Shown here one piece after another: positions 52,030 to 61,942 of a stretch of DNA of 64,000 nt. This stretch comes from an uncultured delta proteobacterium (GTDB taxonomy: Bacteria; Desulfobacterota; Binatia; UBA9968): NCBI GenBank assembly GCA_963745035.1, contig CAVUVW010000013.1, positions 224,001 through 288,000 on the forward strand, in the 5' to 3' direction. Position numbers and translations under genes: made by a program. The notes under the pieces are model-generated. The model was not told the origin of the DNA, did not search any database, and saw only the letters and a program-made list of their open reading frames with translations. How positions within the stretch are numbered: position 1 is the stretch's first letter; each line of letters begins with the position of its first letter.

Positions 52030-53037
52030 TTAACTAAACCGATAAAAAGCTTTCGCGTTGTCGGCGAGGATTTTCTGCTTGGTCCTATCCGAGATATCTT
52101 TGCGGCGCACGACCTGGCTCACGCTGTGCGGCCATTCCATGTCCCAATGCGGGTAGTCGGACGCGTACATCATGCATTCGTCACCGAACTGTTCGATCAC
52201 GAGCGGCAGTGCGGATTCTTCGCCTTCGCAAGTGAAGTAACAGCGATGATCTTTAATGTACTCGCTGGGGAGCATTTTGAGCGGCTCCATTTCGGACTTG
52301 CGGATGAGATACTTCTCGTCGAAGCGCTCCATCCAGTAGGGCAAAAACCCGACGCCGGCTTCGAGAAAGCCGACTTTGAGCTTGGGAAAGCGGTCGAGCA
52401 CTCCATTGGAGATGATCGAAACCACCGAGAGCATCTGCTCGAACGGATGGGACGTCATGTGCACGCCGATATATTTGTGAAAGCGCGTGTTGCCGACGGC
52501 CACTTGGGCCGTGGCATGAAACCCGATCGGCACGCCGAGTTCCTGGGCTTCGGCGTAGATCGGATCGAACTGCGGCTGGCCGAGGTCCAAGCCCTGCTGC
52601 ACGTAGGTCGGCATCATGACGCCGACGGCGCCCTTTTTCGTGACTGCCCGGCGTACTTCCTTGGCTGCTTCGGCGATTACTTGCGGCGCGATCACCGCCG
52701 CGTATTTGACTCGGCCGCCGCTCTCCTTGCAAAAATCGCAAGCCCAATCGTTGTAAGCTTTGGCCAGCTCGACGGCGAGATCGAGTTCGCGCACCAAGCC
52801 GATCGACAATGCATTGCTCGGATACGCTACCGCGTCGCCGATCTTTTCAACGTCGAGATCTTTGCAGTACTCAGCGGGATTGGCCGGCTTCCGGCCGGTG
52901 GTGTCGTTTAAAAAAATATCCCAGCCGAAGGACGGAAAGTAGGGGCCGCTGCGAGCGCGAAATTTCTCGGGCAAATATTTTTTATACGCCCCGCCATCGA
53001 GATGATGGGCGTCGGCGTCGATAATCGTAAATTCCAC
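52030..53037 (-). CDS. Amidohydrolase family 2 (ACMSD/LigJ-like decarboxylase or hydratase)
   Basis: DADAH, AYNDW, FH, RFPKLK..LEAG, YASDYPH. Confidence 0.9.
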   Translation of the reverse strand: MEFTIIDADAHHLDGGAYKKYLPEKFRARSGPYFPSFGWDIFLNDTTGRKPANPAEYCKDLDVEKIGDAVAYPSNALSIGLVRELDLAVELAKAYNDWACDFCKESGGRVKYAAVIAPQVIAEAAKEVRRAVTKKGAVGVMMPTYVQQGLDLGQPQFDPIYAEAQELGVPIGFHATAQVAVGNTRFHKYIGVHMTSHPFEQMLSVVSIISNGVLDRFPKLKVGFLEAGVGFLPYWMERFDEKYLIRKSEMEPLKMLPSEYIKDHRCYFTCEGEESALPLVIEQFGDECMMYASDYPHWDMEWPHSVSQVVRRKDISDRTKQKILADNAKAFYRFS

Positions 53038-53117
53038 GATAGGCCTCCAACGAAAATTAAAACCAAGCCTCAGGCTTCGAGTTCATCCGAGACTCAGAAC
53101 CCAAAACGCGAGACGGA

Positions 53118-54812
53118 TCAGTCCTGCAAGCCGTGGCGTTGAGCGAGCTTGAGAAAGATCGAGCCGACGATGATCGTGCCGATGGCGATGACGAGACTGA
53201 AAGCCGCTAGTTCCCCAACATGGCCGTTGTCCCAGAGCTCCCAGATCGTCACTGCAACCACTTGAGAACCGGGAGAGTAGAGCAGCAGGGCGATGGAAAG
53301 CTCGCGAAACGTGATGAGGAAAATATAGATCCACCCGGCCAGGAGTGCCGGCATGATCAGCGGCACGACGACGTGGCGGACCATTTGAAACCAGCTCGCG
53401 CCGCTTGCCATGGCGCCCTCTTCGAGCTCTTTGTGGAGGCTCAAGAGCGCCGAGTGGCTGAAACGAATTCCATAGGGCACGTAGCGCGCGATGAACGCCA
53501 GCACCAAGATCCAGATCGTGCCGTAAACCGGAATCGGCAGCATCAGGTACATTTTCAGAATGGCGATGCCCATGACGATGCCGGGGAAGACGAGCGGCAA
53601 CATCGCCATCTGATCCAGGATCCAGCGCGCCTTGATCGACGCGCGCACGATCAGCCATGCGGCAAAGAACGTTATGACAACGGCGATGGTCGCCGAGGTC
53701 ACGCTGACCGTGAGGCTATTCATGATCGACCGGATGATACCGCTGTCGTTGAAGGCCGTGATGTAATTGTTAAAGGTAAGCATCTCCAGTGCTTTACGCG
53801 ACGGCACTTGGGCGAACGGAAGGAATGACGACCAGGCGATTGCCGCGATCGGAAAGAGCTGCAGCAACGGCAAAACCAGCATAAGCAAACCGCCGAGCCA
53901 GCGCCATTTGCCGAGTGCGACTCGGTGCGGCCGATAGTTTTTGCCGCTGATAGTCGTGAATTTATAGGTCTTGCTGGTGATGCGGTAGTACGGAATGAGA
54001 CCGAGAGCGACCATCACGATGAGGATGATCGAATAGGCGCTGGCTTCGCCGTATTTGGGAATAAGGCCGCCCTTGATCTGCAAATAGATCTTCGTGGTCA
54101 GCACTTCGACGCCGGCGGGAATGCCGATCAACGCCGGAATCTCGAACGCTTCGAGTGAGCGAATAAATGTCAGAATCAAAACCGCCAGCACGCTCGGCAG
54201 GGCGAGCGGAAAAGTCACTCGCCGAAAGACCTGCCAGCCACTGCTGCCCGCTGTCGTGGCAGCCTCTTCCAGCGATGGGTCCATGGAGCGAAAGGGCGTC
54301 GACATGAGCAGAAAGACAATCGGAATCCAAAGGAAGCTTTCGACGAGGACCATGCCGCCGAGCGTGAAGATATTAAAAAATGGCGCGCCGATGAGCGCGG
54401 TTCCGACGGCATTGAGAATTCCGGCTTTGGGACCGAGCAGCATGATCCAGCCGACGACCTTAATGATCCCGGGAATCGCGAACGACACATAGGCCGAAAC
54501 ATAGGCGAGCTTGCGGAACGGCGCATCGCTTCGCTCGGCAAGCCAGGCGAGCGTCGTGCCGTAGGCAATCGCAACGGCCGAACTGCCGATCGAGAAAACC
54601 ATCGAATTCCATAGCAGCGTTTTAACGTCGCCGAATGAATCGATGATGTTCGCGAAGTGCTGAATCGTAAAACTGCCAGCCTGCAGACCGCGATCGGTGA
54701 CCAAGCTTGTGTGCAGGATGAAGAAAAACGGCGGCAGAACGAGATAGGCGAGCGCGACGGTGGTGAAGAGAAACAACATCTGGGCTGGATTGCGCATCAT
54801 CATAGCGTACAT
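53118..54812 (-). CDS. Fe3+-type ABC permease (FbpB-like, two EAA domains)
   Basis: DPSLEEAA and LEEGAMASGA; multiple TM helices. Confidence 0.92.
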   Translation of the reverse strand: MYAMMMRNPAQMLFLFTTVALAYLVLPPFFFILHTSLVTDRGLQAGSFTIQHFANIIDSFGDVKTLLWNSMVFSIGSSAVAIAYGTTLAWLAERSDAPFRKLAYVSAYVSFAIPGIIKVVGWIMLLGPKAGILNAVGTALIGAPFFNIFTLGGMVLVESFLWIPIVFLLMSTPFRSMDPSLEEAATTAGSSGWQVFRRVTFPLALPSVLAVLILTFIRSLEAFEIPALIGIPAGVEVLTTKIYLQIKGGLIPKYGEASAYSIILIVMVALGLIPYYRITSKTYKFTTISGKNYRPHRVALGKWRWLGGLLMLVLPLLQLFPIAAIAWSSFLPFAQVPSRKALEMLTFNNYITAFNDSGIIRSIMNSLTVSVTSATIAVVITFFAAWLIVRASIKARWILDQMAMLPLVFPGIVMGIAILKMYLMLPIPVYGTIWILVLAFIARYVPYGIRFSHSALLSLHKELEEGAMASGASWFQMVRHVVVPLIMPALLAGWIYIFLITFRELSIALLLYSPGSQVVAVTIWELWDNGHVGELAAFSLVIAIGTIIVGSIFLKLAQRHGLQD

Positions 54813-55198
54813 AAGATTTCTCCCGCGCTCCTACCGGACTGTCGTCAAGCCGAACTAACGCCAGCTATATATCAAAATGCACGGGCAAGACAATTGGCAT
54901 TCCGCGGGGCATGACAGCCTGGACCGGGTTGAGGGAGGGCGTACGCTGGCACGCTCCGCAGCGTGGGAATGAGTCGTAGAACTCGATCCCGGTCACCGAA
55001 TGCGCCTTGTTTAAACTGACAAAGCGATCCGAAGCGGTGTATAAACATTGACTGAGCGAATTAGCGAAACGGAGTATCCTAAGAGCCTACTGTGTCGCCA
55101 ATGCTAATCATGGAAGATCCGGCGGGTTGTCTGGAAATGATGCTGATGGCATTCTCGCTGGCAAAGCCGTGTAACATTCTACAATCATCTCCCAACCG

Positions 55199-56434
55199 AT
55201 GAATTCCTCCGACAACGTTTATCGGCGCCACCGTGCTTTCAAACTGCTCTTTGTTCCGCTGCTGATTTTCTCCTTGGTCACCCAGCTCGCGGTTGTCTGG
55301 ACTCAGTTGGACGATATTCGGAACGGCTATTTCGATTTCGTGCTTTACTACAGCGGCGCCAGGATCCTGCACGATGGGAATGGATCACAACTCTACAATT
55401 TAGAAGTCCAACGAGAGTATCAAAAGAAATTTGCCGTCCATAGAGACAGTGCTTTGCCGTTTAATCATCTTCCGTATGAATTGCTGACTCTCGTATGGGT
55501 TGCCAAGTTTCCATTTCCCGTCGCCCACGTCCTCTGGACTGCCATGAACGTCCTCCTGCTTGCGATTCTGTTATTCCGGGTCTTTCCTTTCATCGACTCG
55601 CGACACCGTAGTTTGCTTGCCTTGATGGCGTTCGCGTATTTTCCGACCATGACGGCGCTCAAAATGGGACAGGATTCAATTATTACCACGCTTCTGCTGG
55701 CCGAAATTTTCGTGAGCCTCAAGCACAAACACTATGCTCTCGCCGGTGCAGGATTGGCCCTCGGTCTGTACAAACCGCAATTCTTTTTGCCCTTGGCCGG
55801 GATTTTAGTACTGCATCGCCGCTGGCGTGCAATATTCGGATTTTTATTCATGGGGCTGCTGCTCGGCACAATCTCGCTGGCAATGGTAGGTTGGAACGGT
55901 CTCATGGGGTTACTGTCGTTGTGGCTACCCATGATCAATCGCGGGCACGTTGTCTGGCCGGAGCTCATGATGAATTTGCGTGGATTGGTGTACGTGTCAT
56001 TGGATCTCGTTGGGTTGTCACAAGCAACGAATGTCTTGACGTTAGTGATTTCGCTATTCGTTTATGTGCTAACTTTGCGCTCATGGCCGCGAGACGCGGT
56101 GGAGGAAAGTGAGTCGTTTGACCTGCGCTTTGGCCTCGCAGTAGTGGCGACCGCGCTCATCAGCTTTCATCTGTATTCCTATGACGGCACTATGCTGACC
56201 CTTCCCTTGATGATCATGCTAAACCGAATCGTAAAAAATCCCGGACCATATTTGTTGCGGCATCGCGTGTTCTTGGCAATTCTCATCGCATCATTTTTGC
56301 CGCTAGTGCCGAATGTGCTCCTGAGCGCAGCCGTCCTCGCTTGGTGGGCGCTGCCACTCCCGGTGCTTTTTGGTGTGCTGGCGATTGAGATTTCGCGCGG
56401 TTCCGAATCTACATCACTGCCCATTCGGTCATAA
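55199..56434 (+). CDS. Glycosyltransferase family 87 / DUF2029 (GT-C membrane protein)
   Basis: DFVLYY, PF.H.P, GQD, KPQ, H.YSYD; polytopic; lower GC than flanks. Confidence 0.82.
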   Translation: MNSSDNVYRRHRAFKLLFVPLLIFSLVTQLAVVWTQLDDIRNGYFDFVLYYSGARILHDGNGSQLYNLEVQREYQKKFAVHRDSALPFNHLPYELLTLVWVAKFPFPVAHVLWTAMNVLLLAILLFRVFPFIDSRHRSLLALMAFAYFPTMTALKMGQDSIITTLLLAEIFVSLKHKHYALAGAGLALGLYKPQFFLPLAGILVLHRRWRAIFGFLFMGLLLGTISLAMVGWNGLMGLLSLWLPMINRGHVVWPELMMNLRGLVYVSLDLVGLSQATNVLTLVISLFVYVLTLRSWPRDAVEESESFDLRFGLAVVATALISFHLYSYDGTMLTLPLMIMLNRIVKNPGPYLLRHRVFLAILIASFLPLVPNVLLSAAVLAWWALPLPVLFGVLAIEISRGSESTSLPIRS

Positions 56435-56666
56435 GTTCGCTTATATCGGTTTCCCGGATAAAGAAGACAGCGACCGGGACACATCGGCTCTAGCGTAGAG
56501 CATGTGCGCGGCTTACCTGTTGTGCAAAGTCGTTGTCGAGGCATTGCCCGGGCGGCCATTGTTGCAAGCAATGCTGAACTTTGAAATATCATCTGGACGA
56601 GCTTGCCGGAATCATCCGGGACTGAGCTGTAGCGGACACGCAGAAACTAACTTGCGAGGATGAACA

Positions 56667-58415
56667 ATGGCGCAGGCAACAACGAATCATGGAACGCATT
56701 GGAACTTGGAAACCGATGTCTTGGTGATCGGGTCGGGGGCCGCGGGGCTTCCTGCCGCGATCAAGGCTGTGGAAGGCGGGGCTTCCGTCATCGTCGTGGA
56801 AACCAATTACGATGTCGGCGGGCACGCCATACTCAGCGGCGGCCATATGGCCCTCGGCGGTGGCACGAGCGCGCAGAGAAAATATGGAATAGAAGATGCA
56901 CCGGATACGGTCTTTTCGGATCTCACCGACTGGTCGATTGTCCAGCCGAATGGCTCGCCGGATTATCGCTACAACGACCGCGCGGTCATGCGCGCCTTTG
57001 CCGATCACTGCGCTCCAACTTTTGAATTTCTGCTCGCCAACGGCGTCGAGTTTACCGAGAAAGCGCCGGACAATCATGGCGCTTCGACCACGGGAAATTC
57101 GGCGCCGCGGGAGAATCATGCGTTCTGGACCAAGGGGGCGGGGCTGGAGAGTCCCAACGCCGCCGCCGGAACAGGCGTGATCCGGCCGCTGGAAGCGAGC
57201 GCGCGCGCCAAAGGCGTGCGGTTTTTGCTGAACTACAGAATGACCAGCCTCATTCGCGAAGCGCCGATGGAAAAAGCCGCCGGGCGCGTGGTCGGTATCA
57301 CCGCGCAATACACGCCAAGGATCATGCCCGGCGCAGCCACACCGCTTAAAAGTTTTCGTTCGGACGGAAACATCGAGAACAGTGAGCCGGCGCTTCATCT
57401 ACGGGCGAAAAAGGCCGTCATCATCGCCACCGGGGGAAGCACGAGCAACATTCACTTCCGGCGCATGTTCGATCCGCGCCTCACGCCGGTCATCCAAGTC
57501 GGCGGCGAGCCGTACAGTTATCAGGACGCCAGCGGCGAGCTGGCGGCGATGGCGATCGGCGCGTCCTTGTGGGGCCTGGTCAATCAGACGCTGGAAAACG
57601 GCGCAACCATGCGCACCCAACGGGCGCTCGCGACGAAGTACAATTACACCACGTGGAAGCCGGAAAGCCCGATTTTTCCCCTTGTGCGCGCCGCCGGCTT
57701 CAACGTGAAGGATTGGCAGAACCTGATCCTCGTCAACCAAGTCGGCAAACGTTTCTACGACGAGACCAAGGGCGATGTTCCACACGGCAATCTCGGCCAC
57801 CAAATTACACCGTACACGCCGAATGATTACCGCAACGCGGCGCAAGTAAAATACGACCCGAACAAGTACAACTTCACGCATGCGGCGCTGGCGATGAACG
57901 AATATTCCGAACCGCCTGATTATTGCGCCGGTCCGGTGTGGGCGATCTTCGACGCGGATGCGGTCGCCCGCGAAGGATGGAAGGTCGCGCCTCCATACGT
58001 CGATCCCGACGGTTACTTTTTTTCCGGCAACACCTTGGCGGAGCTCGCCGGCGCGATCAAGAACGAGTATCAGGCAAAACCGATGAAGGGTGAGATCTTA
58101 CAGGCGACCGTGGAGCGCTACAATTCAATGGTAGAGCGTGGCGAGGATATCGACTTCGGCAAGCCGGCGCCCAAATATAAGATTCAAACTCCACCATTCT
58201 ACGCCGCCTGGGGAACACCGGTGGTGCACGACACCCGCGCGGGCGTGCGCATCAACGCGAAGTGCCAGGTGATCGACATGAACGGAGAAGTCATTCCCGG
58301 GCTTTATTGCGCCGGGGAGTCGGCCGGTGGATTCAACCAGCACGGGATGGGCCGCTGCACCACGCAGGGCTTCATCGCCGGCATCCATGCGGCAGCGGAG
58401 CCGCGCCAGGAGTAA
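56667..58415 (+). CDS. FAD-binding dehydrogenase (FAD_binding_2; KstD/TcuA/flavocytochrome flavin-subunit-like)
   Basis: DVLVIGSGAAG, ILSGG, ATGG, VN..GKRF.DE, PGLYCAGE. Confidence 0.85.
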   Translation: MAQATTNHGTHWNLETDVLVIGSGAAGLPAAIKAVEGGASVIVVETNYDVGGHAILSGGHMALGGGTSAQRKYGIEDAPDTVFSDLTDWSIVQPNGSPDYRYNDRAVMRAFADHCAPTFEFLLANGVEFTEKAPDNHGASTTGNSAPRENHAFWTKGAGLESPNAAAGTGVIRPLEASARAKGVRFLLNYRMTSLIREAPMEKAAGRVVGITAQYTPRIMPGAATPLKSFRSDGNIENSEPALHLRAKKAVIIATGGSTSNIHFRRMFDPRLTPVIQVGGEPYSYQDASGELAAMAIGASLWGLVNQTLENGATMRTQRALATKYNYTTWKPESPIFPLVRAAGFNVKDWQNLILVNQVGKRFYDETKGDVPHGNLGHQITPYTPNDYRNAAQVKYDPNKYNFTHAALAMNEYSEPPDYCAGPVWAIFDADAVAREGWKVAPPYVDPDGYFFSGNTLAELAGAIKNEYQAKPMKGEILQATVERYNSMVERGEDIDFGKPAPKYKIQTPPFYAAWGTPVVHDTRAGVRINAKCQVIDMNGEVIPGLYCAGESAGGFNQHGMGRCTTQGFIAGIHAAAEPRQE

Positions 58416-58477
58416 TTCCAGCAGCGCGGCGCCTGACGAGAGAAAACATCTGGCTACACTTTCGCTCCAGAGAATTT

Positions 58478-59527
58478 CTAGCCTTTGCGGCTGATTTCTT
58501 TCAGGAGCTTCTCCCACCGTTCGAGTTCTTTTTCGTATTTGTCGGTGGCGATGCCGTGATCGGGGCGCCAGCGCTTGAAACCGAGGTTCTTCGCCGCGCT
58601 GCCATATTCAAACTTTTCCAGAACCGCTTGGCCTTCGGGTCCCAAAAGATAGTCGGCCAAGAGCAGAGCACCGTGCGGATGAGGCGGCTGAACGGCGATG
58701 GCGGCGCCGCCGACATTGGTCGGCACGATATCCATCGGCACCCATTCGACGGGAGCGCCCTTGCCGATGGCGTTCAACGTGTGGTTGCGAAAGATCGCGG
58801 GGGAGGCGAGAACTTCGCCGGACGCGATCAGATCGAGCAGCGCCGGCGGGATGATCGAATGCAACGCGATCTCCTGGGCCTTGAGTTTTTTAACCAGCTC
58901 GACGCCTCGGGTTCGAAGCATCGCGCCGATCACTTTGTAGCTCGGATCGCTGATGGAGACCCCCATCCTCCCTTTAAGCTCCGGATGGAGCAAGCCTTCA
59001 TAGTTCTTGGGCACGGCAGTCTTCGAAAGCAGCTTCTTGTTGTAGGCGAAGCCGATATACGACTCGCGGGCGATGCCCCAGAAGTACAAGCCGCGCTCGC
59101 TTTTCTCCTTGGCGTCTTCGGGATAGGAAGCGAAATGCGGAGAATGGTACGGGCGCAACAGAAAGGCGTCGCGCATGAACATGAGATTCCCTTCGGTGGT
59201 CTCGATCGTGTCGGCGATATGTTTTTTCGCCTTCGATTCCTCGTATAAGCGCGTCGTCATATCCGAGCCGGAGACGCGGTAGGCTTCGATCTTCACGCCG
59301 GGATATTTCGATTCGAAAGACTTGACCATGCCCTTGTATGAATCGCCCGCCAGCGAAGTATACCAAGTGATCTTGCCTTCGTTCTTGGCGCCGGCGTAAA
59401 GAACCTGCTCGCGGTCTTTGCCGTTGTACGTGACCAGCTCGGAAATGGTCATCGGTTTGCGCGCCTGGGAAAATGTTTCCGGCGGGAAAAGTAGACAGAT
59501 CAGCAAAATACAACCAAAAGTTCTCAT
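58478..59527 (-). CDS. ABC substrate-binding protein, Fe3+/thiamine-type
   Basis: Paralog of 26115-27188 (GAKNEGKITWY, PHPHGALL); start MRTFG. Confidence 0.88.
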   Translation of the reverse strand: MRTFGCILLICLLFPPETFSQARKPMTISELVTYNGKDREQVLYAGAKNEGKITWYTSLAGDSYKGMVKSFESKYPGVKIEAYRVSGSDMTTRLYEESKAKKHIADTIETTEGNLMFMRDAFLLRPYHSPHFASYPEDAKEKSERGLYFWGIARESYIGFAYNKKLLSKTAVPKNYEGLLHPELKGRMGVSISDPSYKVIGAMLRTRGVELVKKLKAQEIALHSIIPPALLDLIASGEVLASPAIFRNHTLNAIGKGAPVEWVPMDIVPTNVGGAAIAVQPPHPHGALLLADYLLGPEGQAVLEKFEYGSAAKNLGFKRWRPDHGIATDKYEKELERWEKLLKEISRKG

Positions 59528-59938
59528 GCTCGCGGCTCTCCTTGGCGTCGTTGCTCGAATTGAAACGTCTGCGGCGCAGATGACCTGCAGAACAGTCTTC
59601 AGGCGAGAAAAAGGCTCCCAAAAATTTCGGATATCATGCGCTTCGCGTAGCGTCAATCCAGGTGAGGTGAGCTTGAGAATTTCTAAAGCAGCGTCGTCGC
59701 ATGCTAGCCATGAACCGATCTGCTCAACGAATTGCGCCTCCAATGCACGCACTTCCGGAAAAACTTTCCGCGCGTTTCATTAAATATGCCTCCGTTGGCT
59801 CCAATGCCAAAGCCTTTTGAGGTGCTGCGGCTACCAACCCGAACAGGGTGCTTGACGGACAACGTTTCCAGTTGATATCGCTTTTTCCGGATACTGAGGA
59901 GCAGGTGGATACAAACTCTAAAAAAGATCGGAGGTTGT

Positions 59939-60537
59939 ATGAAGTTAGTTTTGCAATCGATGGTTGCAGTGGCGCTTTTGACGGGAGTTTCAAGCGTTGC
60001 TGAGGGACAAAACTTCAGCGCGCGACTCTCGGGGTACAACGAGGTTCATTTTGTTGCCGGTGATCCTAAAGCTGATCCTGTTATTCCGCCCGCACTGCGT
60101 GGTGCGATTTCTACGAAAGCCTCGGGATCATTCAGTGCACAGCTGAGGGCAGGTGACATCGTCGACTACGTTCTCAACTACAGAGACTTAGAGGGGAACG
60201 TTACCCAGGCGCACATCCATTTTGGACAGCCAAGCACGGTCGGAGGTATTGTAGTGTGGCTCTGCCAAACAGCTGCTTCCCCGGCTCCTGCGCTGGTTTC
60301 CTAAATTAACGCCGATATGTCCGGCCGAGGGGTTTGTGACGGGGACTATCACTCGGGATCAGGTGCTCGCTCAAACCGCCCAGGGAATCGATGCTGGTGA
60401 GTTCGACGAACTCGTTCGGCGCTCTGCGCAACGAAGCCGCGTACGTCAACGTTCATTCCTCGCTACACGGCCCCGGCGAGATTCGCGGGCAGATCAAATT
60501 CGATGACAAAAGAGGCGACGATGAGTTTCGATTTTAA
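59939..60537 (+). CDS. Secreted CHRD-domain protein (frameshifts ~60301, ~60420)
   Basis: LSGYNEV, QAHIH, then in shifted frames AYVNVHS...GEIRGQI*. Confidence 0.85.
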
Positions 60538-60628
60538 GTATGTGTCGCCGGGGGAGATAGCTGACTTCGGCAATCACCAGGGACACGGCTGGTAATGGAA
60601 TCTGGCCTACCCCGTTGATCGATAATTA

Positions 60629-60666
60629 AGAGAGCGGGGCACGTGATGAACCCCGCTCTCTATTTT
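60629..60666 (+). terminator. Hairpin terminator between convergent genes
   Basis: AGAGAGCGGGG-N11-CCCCGCTCTCT followed by ATTTT. Confidence 0.6.
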
Positions 60667-60686
60667 CATGAAAGACTTAGCCCGAT

Positions 60687-61781
60687 CTACTTATTTGCCT
60701 CCTCGATATACTTGCGGAGAAACGTGACCACCTCGGGCGAAGTCTGCGATGCGCGTTGAAACAGCCGCTCGCCGGCTTCGCCGACTTCGAAACGCGGCTG
60801 GAAACGCATGGTGGCGATGGCTTCCTGAAGAAAATCCTGGTCTCGCGACAGGGAGTCGAACGCTTTTCTCAAGATTCCGATTGTTTCCGGCGGCGCCTTC
60901 GGCGGCATCAAGAACATGCGCGTCATGTTGGTGCTCGACATATTCGCCGCTTTGAGCGCTTCGTATTTGATTCCTGAAGGTAGTTTGCCGAACGCTTCCT
61001 TATAGAAATGAGTGAACGGGAGCAGCTCCGGCACATCGCGGCTCACCAAGATTTCTCCGCTCGGCGCGACCAGATCGGTGTAATAGAGCGGCAGCACCAT
61101 GCCGGTCTTCACCATTTGCGGTTCCACTTGGGTCCGGTAGCTCGGCAAAGTTTCATCATGATAGTGCGCTTCGCCGCGCTGCACCGCCAGGCGCGCGTCG
61201 GAGCTGTTGTTGTAGCCGGTGACGTAGTCATACTTCAAACCCAAGAGATCAAAGGACAAGCGGAAGCGGACGTCCTTCGAACTGCTGATACCTAGACCGG
61301 CGGCGCGGAATTTTTGCGCCTTGACAAAGTCCGAGGGTTTCTTGATCCCCGGTGGCACTTCGGTGCGGATGTAAGACACCGTAACGCCGTGCACACCTGT
61401 AATAAATCCGAACTTACCGATATCGACGCGCAGCGCGGGATCTTTGACCTGATGCTGGAATAAGCTTCCGGTAAAATACGCCGCCGTAAAACCGTCCGGC
61501 TTGGCCACCTCGCCGATATAGTTGACCGCTATGAGCCCGCCGCCTCCGCCCATCGCCTGCACCGTAACCGCCGGCTGGCCCGGAATATGCCGGGACAGAT
61601 GCTTGGCGAAAATTCTTGACTCGATGTCGGTGGGGCCGCCGGCTGCGAAGTTGATGATGATATTGATCGTCTTGCCTTGATAGAAGGGAGGTTTTTCCGC
61701 TGTCCATCCTTGTGAGACGAGTACAGCAAAGAGAGAAAATACCGCGATCGAAGCTACTTGTCGGAAATAATTTCGCCTCAT
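60687..61781 (-). CDS. TctC/Bug-like substrate-binding protein
   Basis: FYQGKTI, GGPTD, HIPGQP, KPDG. Confidence 0.88.
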   Translation of the reverse strand: MRRNYFRQVASIAVFSLFAVLVSQGWTAEKPPFYQGKTINIIINFAAGGPTDIESRIFAKHLSRHIPGQPAVTVQAMGGGGGLIAVNYIGEVAKPDGFTAAYFTGSLFQHQVKDPALRVDIGKFGFITGVHGVTVSYIRTEVPPGIKKPSDFVKAQKFRAAGLGISSSKDVRFRLSFDLLGLKYDYVTGYNNSSDARLAVQRGEAHYHDETLPSYRTQVEPQMVKTGMVLPLYYTDLVAPSGEILVSRDVPELLPFTHFYKEAFGKLPSGIKYEALKAANMSSTNMTRMFLMPPKAPPETIGILRKAFDSLSRDQDFLQEAIATMRFQPRFEVGEAGERLFQRASQTSPEVVTFLRKYIEEANK

Positions 61782-61854
61782 TGTTTTCTCCTTCTTGGCT
61801 GCTCGACCTCAGACCACGAATTCACACTCGCCGCCTCAATCCGGTGCATGACGG

Positions 61855-61937
61855 TCGAGGATGGAGGATAGAAGATAGAGGATGGCAATAGCCTGAGGAC
61901 GCGATCCTCCACTCCATCCTCAATCCTCCATCTTCGA
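61855..61937. repeat. Inverted array of 7-mers (GAGGATR x4 / YATCCTC-like x4)
   Basis: GAGGATG GAGGATA GAAGATA GAGGATG ... GATCCTC CATCCTC AATCCTC CATCTTC. Confidence 0.75.
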
Positions 61938-61942
61938 TGCCT

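Noticed and set aside
59528-59752. N-terminal extensions in the ORF track (also 34660-34833, 26110-26400, 42986-43123, 14163-14294)
   Set aside because: Upstream in-frame readthrough without homology; better starts with an RBS or signal peptide lie downstream.
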